Positions 36,215 through 46,877 are shown, counted from the stretch's first letter. The stretch: 64,000 nucleotides of DNA from Cyanobacteria bacterium OH_CBrB_359 (GCA_023433065.1 JAEZET010000006.1:4646-68645); one strand, 5' to 3'. Notes: a model not told the origin generated them from the sequence alone. A program made the numbers and translations.

Positions 36215-37801
36215 TTATGTCACAAGTCTTTTATATTCTTGTTCTAAAGCTTTTTTATCATTGTGAAGATTTATAAAGTTCCAAACAAGATTTGAATTCA
36301 AATCTATATTATCAAGTGCAAAACTATCAGAAGGAGGGAGTTTCCCTGCTTTTTGCATATTCTTGTAAACATTTTTGAAAGCGCCGATATTTGAGCCTTG
36401 TTTATAAACCTCAATTGCATATTCTGCCAATCTTCTGTCTCCTCTTGAAAAAACAGCCTGATAATAGTCCCATTTAACGCTTGAACAGCGAATTTTTATA
36501 CCTGATTTATGAAATTCCTTTTTGAGATAAGAATATTTCTTCTCAAGTGACTTGGTATCCTCTCTTGAGGCATATTGAAAAGGGGTTTGGGCCTTGGGAA
36601 CAAAAGTTGAAAAACTAAACGTCAAATCAAACTTTTTATATTCTTTTTTGATTCTTCTTGCAAGTTCAACAATCTGGTCCAAATCTTCATATGTTTCTGT
36701 CGGGAGTCCTATCATAGCATACACTTTAAAACCTTTAAGACCGTTTTCATAAGCAACTTTAACAGCATTTAAAATTTGTTTTTCTGTCAAATTTTTATTG
36801 ATAACTTTCCTAAGCCTTTCACTGCCTGCCTCAAGCGCAACGGTAGCATGCTTTTGTCCGCCTTTAACAAGCATTTCAACAGCTTTAGGGGTAATATGGT
36901 TAAGTCTTATTGAAGATATGCTTAATTCAATATTTACACAGCTATCAATTTTATTTATCACATAATCGCAAATCCTCTCAAAATCAGGATGAGCAGAAAT
37001 TAATGCTCCCAAAAAAGCAATCTTGTTGGTATATTTTAAGACATTTTCTATTTTTTCGGTTATTTCTTCATAACTGCAAAATCTTGCAGGGAGGTTGAGA
37101 TAAGAGGCATTGCAAAAACCGCACCTGTTATTACAGCCTCTTGCGATTTCAATTACAAAAGTATTTGAAAAATAGCTCTTCTCCGTTAAAATCGGGGTTG
37201 AAATACATCTTGAAAGATAAAATGTATTTTTTTCAATGCTAAAAGGCTTTTTATCAATAGTTAATAACTTATTTTCAAGGTCAAATTCCGTAAAAGACGG
37301 GACATATATTGACGGAATTTTAGAAAGCTCAATAAGCACTTCTTTTTTAGGACAATTTTTATGCTTAATAATAGTTTGCGCAACTTTTTCAATTACATTT
37401 TCAGCATCACCGACCATAATAAAATCAAAAAACGGACTAAAAGGTTCAGGATTAGAAGATAAAACCGGCCCGCCTCCGCAAATAAGAGGCATGGATTCAT
37501 CCCTTTCAGAGCTTAGAAACGGAATATTATGCTGCTCCATAAGCTGAAAAATACCTATAAAGTCGAATTCAAAAGAAAATGAAAAACTTATTGCATCGAC
37601 GTCAGAAATGTTAATTTCTGTTTTTTTAGTATCTGAAAAAATCCTCTCGGCTTTGACGTTATCCATTTTATCCAGTGTCTCGAATATGGATAAAAAGCCT
37701 AAAGACGCCATGCCAAAAGAATATATAGCAGGAAAAGCAAGCCAAAAATTTAAGTCTGCTTTTTTTGAAAGGTTTCTTTCATACAAAAATTTTTCAGTCA
37801 T
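36215..37801 (-). CDS. radical SAM protein with N-terminal B12-binding-like domain (TIGR03960-like)
   Basis: IEIARGCNNRCGFCNA cluster motif, 528 aa, N-terminal PAIYSFGM.SLG..S pattern. Confidence 0.7.
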   Translation of the reverse strand: MTEKFLYERNLSKKADLNFWLAFPAIYSFGMASLGFLSIFETLDKMDNVKAERIFSDTKKTEINISDVDAISFSFSFEFDFIGIFQLMEQHNIPFLSSERDESMPLICGGGPVLSSNPEPFSPFFDFIMVGDAENVIEKVAQTIIKHKNCPKKEVLIELSKIPSIYVPSFTEFDLENKLLTIDKKPFSIEKNTFYLSRCISTPILTEKSYFSNTFVIEIARGCNNRCGFCNASYLNLPARFCSYEEITEKIENVLKYTNKIAFLGALISAHPDFERICDYVINKIDSCVNIELSISSIRLNHITPKAVEMLVKGGQKHATVALEAGSERLRKVINKNLTEKQILNAVKVAYENGLKGFKVYAMIGLPTETYEDLDQIVELARRIKKEYKKFDLTFSFSTFVPKAQTPFQYASREDTKSLEKKYSYLKKEFHKSGIKIRCSSVKWDYYQAVFSRGDRRLAEYAIEVYKQGSNIGAFKNVYKNMQKAGKLPPSDSFALDNIDLNSNLVWNFINLHNDKKALEQEYKRLVT

Positions 37802-38871
37802 TATAAAATCTCGTCGCGGTCTTTATTAATTGTTTTTACATATAATTCATCAAACAATGTAGTAAAAGTAGCAGCAAGCGCAGGAGCCAGGATTACACCC
37901 CAAACACCCAAAAACTGAGCAGCCACTAGAAAGGCAAATATTATGAGCATTGGATGTAAATCTAAAAATTTACCAAAAACCAAAGGTCTTACAAGATTAT
38001 TTGAAAGCCACTGGGCAATAAGGTAAATAATAACTGTAGGTATTACAAGAAGCCAGCCTCCTGAAGAAACTGCAGCCGTAATTCCTAGAAATAAAGCTAT
38101 AGTAGGTCCTATAACAGGGATTATATCCAAAACTCCGGCTATTAAACCTAAGAGCACCGCATATTTTACATGAAATATTGCAAGTCCTATAGCAGTGAAA
38201 ACAGCAACTGTTGACATTGATAATAATTGGGCTATGATATATCCTCCGACTTTCACCTCAATGGAATCCATTATAAATTCTGCTCTTTTTCTTATTTTAG
38301 GAGGGAAAAGCCTTAAAGTACTCACTCTGAGTGCAGTATGTTCATAAGTAACATAAAACACAATCATAGCAAGAGAAATAGCAACCGTAAAAGCACCAAT
38401 TATTCCTACGGTTATATCAATAGATTTGTTAAAAATACTGCTTGCAACCTGTGATGTATGAGAGATTATTGTCTCCATATTAATCAAATCGATTGCGCTT
38501 TGTCCCATTATCTTAAATTTGCTTATTGCGAGAATCAGGCTGTCAAGCCTTGAAGGCAAATCATTAATAAGAATAATAATTTCCTTGTAGGATATTATAA
38601 AAATAGGTAAAAATACTATTGTAATCAACGTTATTGAACATAAAAGAGCAATGCTGGCAGCAACGGCTCTATGCATATATTTAGAAAGCCAGTTTACGGA
38701 AGGATTTAGAGAACATGCCAGTACATATGCCCCAAAAAATAAAAGTGCAATTTCTTTAATTGCAAATACAAACCATAATGAAAGCAATATCAGAATCAAA
38801 AATAATGTATTTTTTAGCGTAAATCTTTCTTTAAAAAGCATAGAAAAAGCTCCAATAATGAACAACGCCAT
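37801..38871 (-). CDS. AI-2E family (PerM/UPF0118) transporter
   Basis: Multi-TM protein with LGVWGVILAPALAA and DIIPVIGP motifs. Start may be the internal ATG at 38841 (GGAG SD). Confidence 0.75.
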   Translation of the reverse strand: MALFIIGAFSMLFKERFTLKNTLFLILILLSLWFVFAIKEIALLFFGAYVLACSLNPSVNWLSKYMHRAVAASIALLCSITLITIVFLPIFIISYKEIIILINDLPSRLDSLILAISKFKIMGQSAIDLINMETIISHTSQVASSIFNKSIDITVGIIGAFTVAISLAMIVFYVTYEHTALRVSTLRLFPPKIRKRAEFIMDSIEVKVGGYIIAQLLSMSTVAVFTAIGLAIFHVKYAVLLGLIAGVLDIIPVIGPTIALFLGITAAVSSGGWLLVIPTVIIYLIAQWLSNNLVRPLVFGKFLDLHPMLIIFAFLVAAQFLGVWGVILAPALAATFTTLFDELYVKTINKDRDEIL

Positions 38872-38930
38872 TATATAACAAAATTTATATAAATAGTAGG
38901 GTGGAAAATTATTTAAAATAGTGAAATAAA

Positions 38931-39335
38931 TTAGATAAAAGGATTATGAGTTGAAGAAATCATGCCCTTTAAATTTTCGCCATGCTGCTGAATTTCTGAA
39001 TTTATGGTAGGCTTTGACAACATATCAATTATTTGGCTTTTATTCCCCACTGCAATATGGGTTGAAACGCTCTTACTTCCACGACTTCCAATCAGCTTTA
39101 GCACCCTTCCCTGCGGATCACCACTAGCAGCCGAGCTCGAATAAATTAATGTAAGCTTGGATAAAGAACCTGAAGTAGGAAATTCAATAAATTTCGTAGG
39201 TATCTTCGCATCCTCTCCTGACAATTCCTTTACAAAAAACAACATTTTGTTTACTGCATCTTCCAGTGATTTGGCCCTTAATGCAGGTACCTTATATATT
39301 TTGGATAAATTTTGATTTATCGGTTGTACTCTCAT
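38931..39335 (-). CDS. hypothetical protein (134 aa) downstream of the RelA/SpoT-like gene
   Basis: ORF 35 nt downstream on the same strand. No motif recognised. Confidence 0.55.
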   Translation of the reverse strand: MRVQPINQNLSKIYKVPALRAKSLEDAVNKMLFFVKELSGEDAKIPTKFIEFPTSGSLSKLTLIYSSSAASGDPQGRVLKLIGSRGSKSVSTHIAVGNKSQIIDMLSKPTINSEIQQHGENLKGMISSTHNPFI

Positions 39336-39369
39336 TTTTTTTACTTTCTATATTATTATTATAAATTAA

Positions 39370-41106
39370 CTAAGATTTTTTTGTTTGATAGCTCTGTGAT
39401 GCAGGGTACAAAAGAGAATTTTGCCCCACAATTGTTACAAGTTTAGTTTTCGGAATATTTTTCAACCATGCCGCTTGACTCCTGATACTTGCCAGATTGT
39501 CAATGTTTAAAATATCCATAATTGACGTCATAGAATTTTTTATCTGCTGTACAGTATCGGTATTTTTATGTTTTACCAGCCTTGAAGGATTAGCAAAATA
39601 TTCATATATGGAAGGGATATTACCGACTGCTGAATCAAGTTCTGAATTTCTCTGGTATTCGTATAATGCTGTAAGGTATTTGTTATAAGATTCATAACCT
39701 CTGGCTCTTAGTTTTTTTACTGCCTGCTCAACAGGAGTATATAATTTCTTTAAAAGGTCATTATTTAAAGAGATATCTTTGCCTTCTCTCAAGTCATAAG
39801 GTATATGCTCTACAGATGCAACCTTATGAACCTTAGCACCTCTTAACTGAAACTCGCCAAGAGTACCGTTAGAGAATTTAAAATTGAACTGCCCTGTTGT
39901 ATAACCTGATTTTTTAAGTGCATTACCTTTATAGATATTAACAGGACTGCCGGAATATATAGAGGCAGCTTCAGCCAAGATGTCAGCATTATAATCATTA
40001 AGATAAGGCTCAACGCCTGCTCCATTATAATTGTCAATCTTGAATATTCTTATTTTTTTGTTTTTCATTCCCGAAACTAAAGAATCAACAACTGTAGACA
40101 CTTGAGCATCATCAGCCTTATCAAGCTTCAAGCAAAAACCAACTAAATCCTGTATTAAAGCTCTTGCATCATCAACACTTTCGATTTTAATTTTATCAGA
40201 TTTATTTTCAGTAAGTTTCCTAATAAGCTTATCCTTTATTGAAGAAACGGATTTTACCCTAAAATGTATTTTCTCAACATGTTCTTCGGGGAAAATATCT
40301 AAAAACTGTCTTACAAGACTTTTATCACTATATGGGTTATTTACTGCATTATAAGGTTTATTAGGCTCAATTGTTGAATAAACCTGTTTTATTGTTTCGT
40401 TATGTATTATTTCACTGTATTCTTTTAATTTCTTGAGTTTTTCGGGACCATAACCCGCTTTTTGCAAGCGCTGTATATCTTTAGCATCACTATAAGAATA
40501 CGGTTTTATAAATTTGCTTTTTAAATTAATCCAAGCAGTACCGTTTTTAGCCATTTGAAAAGATCTGGTAAAGCCATGCGGAATTTCTTTAAAACATCTT
40601 AAAACAGCCTGAAAAATATTCAAATTAGCTGCATCTTCAACTCCTGCAGCTTTTAGAGAGCTTTTCGCACCGATTGTAGAAGTAATCAATGTAAAGCTTC
40701 CTTCACCGATTTTTTCGTATGCTTTTTCTGCCTGAGAATCGGCTTTCGCTTTTACGGCATCTTTAACACCTTTTGCTGTTTGTAAAACTCCTGTCAGAAC
40801 ACCAAAAGCAACAAGTGCAGGCAAAACAGGAGGGAAAAGGCTTGTTAAAGCAGCACCTGCGGCAATAATTCCAATACCGGTAATTATACTTTTAGGATCT
40901 TTGAAAAGCATCTTAATAGGGGAAATAAATCCCTTTCCAAAATGTTTAAATGACTCTTTAATGCTTATTTTACCGTCATCAGCGCCATCTTTAGAGACAA
41001 ATACGGCATGAGAAACCTGTCCATCACTCTTAAAAGGGTATTTTAGGGATTTGGTTTTGGGAAGAGAATATTTATAAGGCTGTTTTAGTGAATCGATTAT
41101 CAACAT
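39370..41106 (-). CDS. membrane-anchored protein with divergent RelA/SpoT-like (SAS-like) nucleotidyltransferase core
   Basis: Ordered blocks FRVKSVSSIKDKLIRK, IQDLVGF, KSGYTTG and GEFQLRG...VEHIPYD. TM hairpin at about aa 73-108. AAGGA SD. Confidence 0.55.
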   Translation of the reverse strand: MLIIDSLKQPYKYSLPKTKSLKYPFKSDGQVSHAVFVSKDGADDGKISIKESFKHFGKGFISPIKMLFKDPKSIITGIGIIAAGAALTSLFPPVLPALVAFGVLTGVLQTAKGVKDAVKAKADSQAEKAYEKIGEGSFTLITSTIGAKSSLKAAGVEDAANLNIFQAVLRCFKEIPHGFTRSFQMAKNGTAWINLKSKFIKPYSYSDAKDIQRLQKAGYGPEKLKKLKEYSEIIHNETIKQVYSTIEPNKPYNAVNNPYSDKSLVRQFLDIFPEEHVEKIHFRVKSVSSIKDKLIRKLTENKSDKIKIESVDDARALIQDLVGFCLKLDKADDAQVSTVVDSLVSGMKNKKIRIFKIDNYNGAGVEPYLNDYNADILAEAASIYSGSPVNIYKGNALKKSGYTTGQFNFKFSNGTLGEFQLRGAKVHKVASVEHIPYDLREGKDISLNNDLLKKLYTPVEQAVKKLRARGYESYNKYLTALYEYQRNSELDSAVGNIPSIYEYFANPSRLVKHKNTDTVQQIKNSMTSIMDILNIDNLASIRSQAAWLKNIPKTKLVTIVGQNSLLYPASQSYQTKKS

Positions 41107-41296
41107 TTTTTCCTTATGCGCAACCTTTCAATAATAATATTTAAAGGTCATAAATGTCAAAATTTGCTAACTATTTTACTTGTAGTTAATATTTATTTAA
41201 AATAATAAAATATAAAAACATAATAAAGGATATGAACATAAAGGCTAAAAAATACGTCCTGATTGCATCATATCCATAAATAAAGCTTGAGGGTCT

Positions 41297-43012
41297 ATGG
41301 ATAAATTGTTTAATTTTGTAAAAACACATAAAGTAAAAATTGTAATATTTTTAATAATTGTAGCCGGAATTTTATTACGTTTAATATCAATAGATAAACA
41401 AGGCGGTATGTGGTTTGACGAAATGTATTGCTATTACATTGCATCACAGGAAAATATTTTAAAAATACTGGACAAACTCTACAATGAAGACTTCCATGCC
41501 CCGCTATATTTCATAATCCTTCATTATTGGATGAAATTTTTTGGCGATTCCGATTTAATATTAAGGTTATTTTCTTTATTATGTTCAGTTGCCACAATTC
41601 CGGTCTTTTATAAAATAGGTAAAAAAATTAATTCAGAGAATTTCGGACTTATATGTGCAGCTATAGCTGCTTTAAATTCAATCCTTATATATTATTCACA
41701 GGAAGTTAAGTTTTATTCAATGTTGTTTTTATTAAGTTCAATATTAATGTTGTATTTATTGAAATACAAAGAAGAGCAAAGCAAGCTAAATTCAACCGTA
41801 ATAGGAATAACCTCTATAACAATTTTATATACTTATACACTGGGATTGGCATATCTTGCATTTCTTGGGGTTATGTTAAGCATTTACTTTTTTAGGACGA
41901 ATAAAGATATTTTCAAACATTTCTTAAAGCTTCAATTAGTTGTTGCTATAGTATATCTGCCATATTTATTTATGGTGCTGCACCATTCTATATTACTGAA
42001 CAATTTTTATTTAAGCCTTGTGGATGTTTTTCCCTTCAGCCTTGCAAATATACTTACAACTGTGCAAATGATGTTTTCACCTGTTGTTTTAAATCTATCA
42101 AACGGAGTTCCTGTCGCTCTTGGTCCTGAATATATATTAACGATTCATTTCTTTTCATTTGCTGTAATTCCTACTTTTATATGCTTATATGGTTTATTCA
42201 GGTCTTTAAAAACAAATGACTTTAAGACCTTTATTCTTACAATTAATTTAGCATTTATAATTTTGGCGTTTATTTTGACTCTCTTAAGACAGTTTATATT
42301 CATACCAAGATATATATTGATTGCTTTTCCGGCGATATTAATATTCGCAATGTACGGATTATATACTATTCCTAATAAAAAATCAGCCAAAATACTTATT
42401 ACTCTTTATATCGCAATTAATTTTATCTATTTAAGCCTCGCCCCGTACTCCGCACCAAGACTGGACAGACTCGAAAAGTATGGTTCTGCGGCAAATATGT
42501 TAAAAAATGAAAAAATAACAAAACAAGATTTAGTCTGCATGCCTTTCAGCGGAAATCTTTTGACAAAATATGCAGATGTAAATGTAGTTGATATAGATTT
42601 TGGAAAAATATATCTGAGAAATACAGATAACTCTTTAGAGATGATATTTGATAAAAATCTTACAAAAAAACTTAATAAAAAGAATGCGCCAGAAGAACTT
42701 AAAACCTATGTATATTCGACTCAAATTCCCAAAAAATTCGAGAAATACCTTGATACCCATATCTCCAAAAAACTTAAAAGAGGCTCAAAATTTGTTATAG
42801 TAGTAAACTCAACCTACTATATCCCTAATATTATTATACAGCAGTATAAAAACCAAGATGATAAACTACATAAACGATTTGCAATGTTTTACATTTTATA
42901 TTCCAAAATGGTAAACCATATAGTCAACTATGCATTTGAAAATTTTAAAATGATAAAAATTATTAAATCAGAAGACGACATCTGGGTGTTATACCTATTT
43001 GAAAAAAAGTAG
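41297..43012 (+). CDS. GT-C fold glycosyltransferase (family 39 / ArnT-PMT_2 like), polytopic membrane protein
   Basis: MWFDEMY (DE motif in the first loop), FHAPLYF and LRL.S.L.....IP..Y. About 12 TM segments plus a soluble C-terminal domain. Confidence 0.7.
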   Translation: MDKLFNFVKTHKVKIVIFLIIVAGILLRLISIDKQGGMWFDEMYCYYIASQENILKILDKLYNEDFHAPLYFIILHYWMKFFGDSDLILRLFSLLCSVATIPVFYKIGKKINSENFGLICAAIAALNSILIYYSQEVKFYSMLFLLSSILMLYLLKYKEEQSKLNSTVIGITSITILYTYTLGLAYLAFLGVMLSIYFFRTNKDIFKHFLKLQLVVAIVYLPYLFMVLHHSILLNNFYLSLVDVFPFSLANILTTVQMMFSPVVLNLSNGVPVALGPEYILTIHFFSFAVIPTFICLYGLFRSLKTNDFKTFILTINLAFIILAFILTLLRQFIFIPRYILIAFPAILIFAMYGLYTIPNKKSAKILITLYIAINFIYLSLAPYSAPRLDRLEKYGSAANMLKNEKITKQDLVCMPFSGNLLTKYADVNVVDIDFGKIYLRNTDNSLEMIFDKNLTKKLNKKNAPEELKTYVYSTQIPKKFEKYLDTHISKKLKRGSKFVIVVNSTYYIPNIIIQQYKNQDDKLHKRFAMFYILYSKMVNHIVNYAFENFKMIKIIKSEDDIWVLYLFEKK

Positions 43013-43027
43013 CTTTTTAGGAAGCGA

Positions 43028-44047
43028 TTATAAGCCTGCTGCTTCTTTTGCTTTATCAAGAACCATTTGAGCCTCTAGTCTTGCATGTTTTTTGCCTTCA
43101 TTAAGAATATCTTTTACTAAATCAAAATTTGAAGCATATTCAAAACGTTTTTCTCTAATCGGGGCAAATTTGTGATTAATTATGCCGGCAAGCTGCCTTT
43201 TACAGTCGGCACAACCCCTTTTGCCTTTTTTGCATTCCAATTTGACCTGTTCTATGATATCTTCATCCGCGAAGATTTTGTAATATTCAAAAGCGACCTC
43301 GCATTTATCAGGATGCCCGGGATCATCTTTCCTGACTCTGCTTCTATCTGTAATTGCCTTCATAACTTTATCTTGAGTAGTTTTTTCGTCATCAGAAATT
43401 TTTATATCATTATTAAAAGATTTTCCCATTTTTTGCCCATCGACACCTTTCATCAAAGGTATTTTAGTCAATCTTGCAGCGGGTTCGTTAAACAAATCAG
43501 TTTTATAAATATGATTAAATCTTCGTGCAATATCCCTTGTAATCTCTAAATGTGACATCTGGTCTATTCCGACAGGCACAACATCAGCATTAAACATAAG
43601 AATATCAGAAGCCATAAGCACAGGATAACCCAAAAGCCCATAGCTGATATCCGAGCAATTTGCATCGGAAGGTTTATTAATTTCTTTACATTTGAGTGCT
43701 TTAACCATGTCTTTAAGTGTAGGATCTCTTTCCACCCAGTTTTTAGGTGTAATCATACTTAAAAGCACATGCAATTCAGCGATTTGCGGAATATCAGACT
43801 GGATATAAATAGTTGACTTTTTAGGGTCAATTCCGCAAGCAAGCCAGTCCAAAACAACATCAAGCCTGTCTTGTCTTAAATTTTCGGTTTTATCAAATTT
43901 AGTTGTCAATGCATGCCAATCTGCAACAAAATAAAAAGACTCAAATTCATCTTGAAGATTTACCCAATTAGCTAAAACCCCTTCATAATGACCTAAATGA
44001 AGTCTGCCTGTAGGACGCATACCTGATACTATTCTTTTTTTACCCAT
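43028..44047 (-). CDS. trpS: tryptophan--tRNA ligase
   Basis: SGMRPTGRLHLGHY (HIGH) and KMGKS (KMSKS). The ATG at 44047 is preferred over the longer track ORF. Confidence 0.9.
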   Translation of the reverse strand: MGKKRIVSGMRPTGRLHLGHYEGVLANWVNLQDEFESFYFVADWHALTTKFDKTENLRQDRLDVVLDWLACGIDPKKSTIYIQSDIPQIAELHVLLSMITPKNWVERDPTLKDMVKALKCKEINKPSDANCSDISYGLLGYPVLMASDILMFNADVVPVGIDQMSHLEITRDIARRFNHIYKTDLFNEPAARLTKIPLMKGVDGQKMGKSFNNDIKISDDEKTTQDKVMKAITDRSRVRKDDPGHPDKCEVAFEYYKIFADEDIIEQVKLECKKGKRGCADCKRQLAGIINHKFAPIREKRFEYASNFDLVKDILNEGKKHARLEAQMVLDKAKEAAGL

Positions 44048-44408
44048 AATAAAACCTTTAAAATTTATTCCTCTGTGCCTTAATTTATTATACATAAAAT
44101 TTTTAAACGGATAAATTTTAATGAGAATTCCTTTTAAGGAAAGAAAGCTTAAAAACGGTTTTGTTTTAACTAGATATCAAAAATAAACAATTAACGTAAA
44201 CAATCCTTATATATCATTACTTGACGTTAATGATTAACTCATGTAAAAAAATATTTAAAATTTTTTGTTTTTATGCGAAAATTTATGTAGTACCTTAAAA
44301 TTTTAAGGTATTTTCAGTAAGTATTTCGGCAAAAAGTGTTTAAAGCATTAAATCCGAGAAAACAACTTACAAAGACAATAGTAGTATAAAGATAAAAGGA
44401 AAAAGACA

Positions 44409-46493
44409 ATGGCAAGACAGACTCCATTAGAGAGAATACGTAACATCGGTATTGCAGCGCACATTGACGCAGGTAAAACGACCACAACAGAGCGTATTTT
44501 ATTCTATACAGGTAAAATTCACAAAATCGGTGAAGTGCATGACGGTGCAGCGGTTACAGACTGGATGGATCAGGAAAGAGAAAGAGGTATTACAATAACC
44601 TCAGCGGCTGTTACATCATTCTGGGAAAATCATCAGATTAACATAATAGATACTCCCGGCCACGTTGACTTTACAATCGAAGTTGAACGTTCTTTGCGTG
44701 TATTAGACGGTGTTGTAGCTGTATTTTGTGCGGTAGGCGGTGTCCAATCACAATCTGAAACAGTTTGGAGACAGGCTAACAGATACGAAGTTCCAAGAAT
44801 GGTATTTGTTAACAAAATGGACAGAATCGGCGCTAACTTTTACAGAGTAGTTGACCAAGTTAAAAACAGACTTGGCGCAAACGCTCACCCTATACAGCTT
44901 CCAATTGGTGCTGAAGATCAGATGAAAGGTATTATTGACCTAATCGAAATGAAAGCCCATATGTATAAAAATGACCTTGGAACTGATATAGAAATCACTG
45001 ATATTCCCGAAGATATGAAGGCAAAGGCTGATGAATACAAATCAGAGCTCGTTGAAGCCATTTCTGAATTCGATGATGATTTGATGATGAAGTTTATGGA
45101 AGGTGAAGAACCAACCGTCGAAGAACTTAAAAAAGTATTAAGAAAAGCGGTTTGTGACAACAAAATAGTTCCCGTAACTTGCGGTACAGCTTTCAAAAAC
45201 AAAGGTGTACAAATGCTTTTAGATGCAGTTGTTGACTATATGCCATCACCGTTAGACGTTAAAGCCATAGAAGGCGAACTTGAAGATGGTACAAAAGTCA
45301 CAAAACATTCATCAGATGAAGAACCTTTTGCAGCTTTGGCATTCAAAATAATGACAGACCCTTATGTAGGCAGATTAACCTTCTTAAGAGTTTATTCAGG
45401 TGTATTAAAATCAGGATCCTACGTCATAAATGCTACAAACGGCAAAAAAGAACGTATTTCAAGACTTGTACAAATGCAAGCCGACGACAGAAACGAAATT
45501 TCTGAAGTTTATGCAGGTGATATCTGTGCAGCTGTTGGGTTAAAAGATACAACAACAGGCGATACTCTTTGTGACGAAAAAAATCCTGTTATATTAGAAA
45601 AAATGACATTCCCAACACCTGTAATCAGTGTTGCAATCGAGCCTAAAACAAAAGCTGATCAAGATAAAATGGGCATTGCTCTTCAAAAACTTGCTGAAGA
45701 AGATCCTTCATTCCAAGTTAAAACAGATACAGAAACAGGTCAGACAATCATCTCCGGTATGGGAGAGCTTCACCTTGAAATTATCGTTGACAGGCTATTG
45801 AGAGAATTTAAAGTTGACGCTAACGTAGGTAAGCCACAGGTTGCATACAGAGAAACAATCAGAGGTACTGCGGATCAAGAATCTAAGTTCATCAGGCAAT
45901 CAGGTGGACGTGGTCAATACGGACACGTTAAGGTTAAAATCGAGCCGGCTGAAGAAAATGCAGGTTTTGTATTCGAAAACAAAATCGTCGGTGGTGCTAT
46001 TCCGAAGGAATATATCGAACCTTCAAGAAAAGGTATGGAAGAAGCACTTGAGGGCGGTATCCTTGCAGGATTCCCGGTTATTGACGTTAAGGTTACATTG
46101 TACGATGGAACTTATCACGATGTTGACTCTTCTGAAATGGCATTTAAAATCGCAGGTTCTATGGCGATGAAAGAAGGTGTCAAAAAAGCAAGACCTTGTA
46201 TACTTGAACCTATGATGAAAGTTGAAATCGAAGTTCCCGAAGAAAATACAGGGGACATCATCGGTGACATCTCTTCAAGAAGAGGAAGAATCGAAGGCAT
46301 GGAAATGATTGAAGGAACAGGTATCCAAAAAGTTAACGCTATCGTTCCTCTTGCAGAAATGTTCGGTTATGCTACTGATATAAGAAGTAAAACTCAAGGT
46401 AGAGGAACTTTCTCAATGGAATTCCTTAAGTATGAACAAGTTCCTGCAAACGTTGAAACTGAAATCATCGCTAAATCAGGCGCTTCAGCTTAA
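44409..46493 (+). CDS. fusA: elongation factor G
   Basis: [27 protein letters not shown] and NKMD GTPase motifs; 694 aa. Confidence 0.95.
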   Translation: MARQTPLERIRNIGIAAHIDAGKTTTTERILFYTGKIHKIGEVHDGAAVTDWMDQERERGITITSAAVTSFWENHQINIIDTPGHVDFTIEVERSLRVLDGVVAVFCAVGGVQSQSETVWRQANRYEVPRMVFVNKMDRIGANFYRVVDQVKNRLGANAHPIQLPIGAEDQMKGIIDLIEMKAHMYKNDLGTDIEITDIPEDMKAKADEYKSELVEAISEFDDDLMMKFMEGEEPTVEELKKVLRKAVCDNKIVPVTCGTAFKNKGVQMLLDAVVDYMPSPLDVKAIEGELEDGTKVTKHSSDEEPFAALAFKIMTDPYVGRLTFLRVYSGVLKSGSYVINATNGKKERISRLVQMQADDRNEISEVYAGDICAAVGLKDTTTGDTLCDEKNPVILEKMTFPTPVISVAIEPKTKADQDKMGIALQKLAEEDPSFQVKTDTETGQTIISGMGELHLEIIVDRLLREFKVDANVGKPQVAYRETIRGTADQESKFIRQSGGRGQYGHVKVKIEPAEENAGFVFENKIVGGAIPKEYIEPSRKGMEEALEGGILAGFPVIDVKVTLYDGTYHDVDSSEMAFKIAGSMAMKEGVKKARPCILEPMMKVEIEVPEENTGDIIGDISSRRGRIEGMEMIEGTGIQKVNAIVPLAEMFGYATDIRSKTQGRGTFSMEFLKYEQVPANVETEIIAKSGASA

Positions 46494-46514
46494 ACGTAAA
46501 AATAAAAACTATAA

Positions 46515-46540
46515 AAGGCGAAGATTAAAATCTTCGCCTT
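46515..46540. terminator. bidirectional terminator after fusA
   Basis: AAGGCGAAGAT-TAAA-ATCTTCGCCTT followed by TTGTTTT. Confidence 0.75.
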
Positions 46541-46548
46541 TTGTTTTA

Positions 46549-46746
46549 CTACGCTTCAAAATCTAGTATGCCAGCCGAACCCTCAGGTGGTGGTGGAGGT
46601 GGCGGAGCTTTATGAGTTTTTTGGGCTTCCATTTTTTCTTGTTGCATTTTTTCTAATTTTGCTTTTTCCTCAGGTGTCAGCTCTTTTTGTCCTATAACTG
46701 GAACTTGTCCTAAAGCACGGCCAGCACCATTAATTGAGTCAACCAT
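46549..46746 (-). CDS. small hypothetical protein (65 aa) with a PPPPPPP run
   Basis: Strong GGAGG SD 7 nt upstream of the ATG and a terminator downstream. Confidence 0.55.
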   Translation of the reverse strand: MVDSINGAGRALGQVPVIGQKELTPEEKAKLEKMQQEKMEAQKTHKAPPPPPPPEGSAGILDFEA

Positions 46747-46877
46747 TTTATTTCCTCCAAAAATTTAAAAAGATTATTAACTTACCTCTATATAAAGTTT
46801 TTTTTTAAAAAAAAAGTGCTAAAATGTAACATTTGTAAAAAAATGGATTTTTAACCCTATCATTTTATAATTAAAAA

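Noticed and set aside
44409-46493. The stand-alone fusA might be a specialised EF-G paralog (EF-G2).
   Set aside because: All GTPase and domain IV/V motifs look like canonical EF-G1, and there is nothing aberrant in length (694 aa). Isolation from rpsL, rpsG and tuf alone is not evidence for a paralog.
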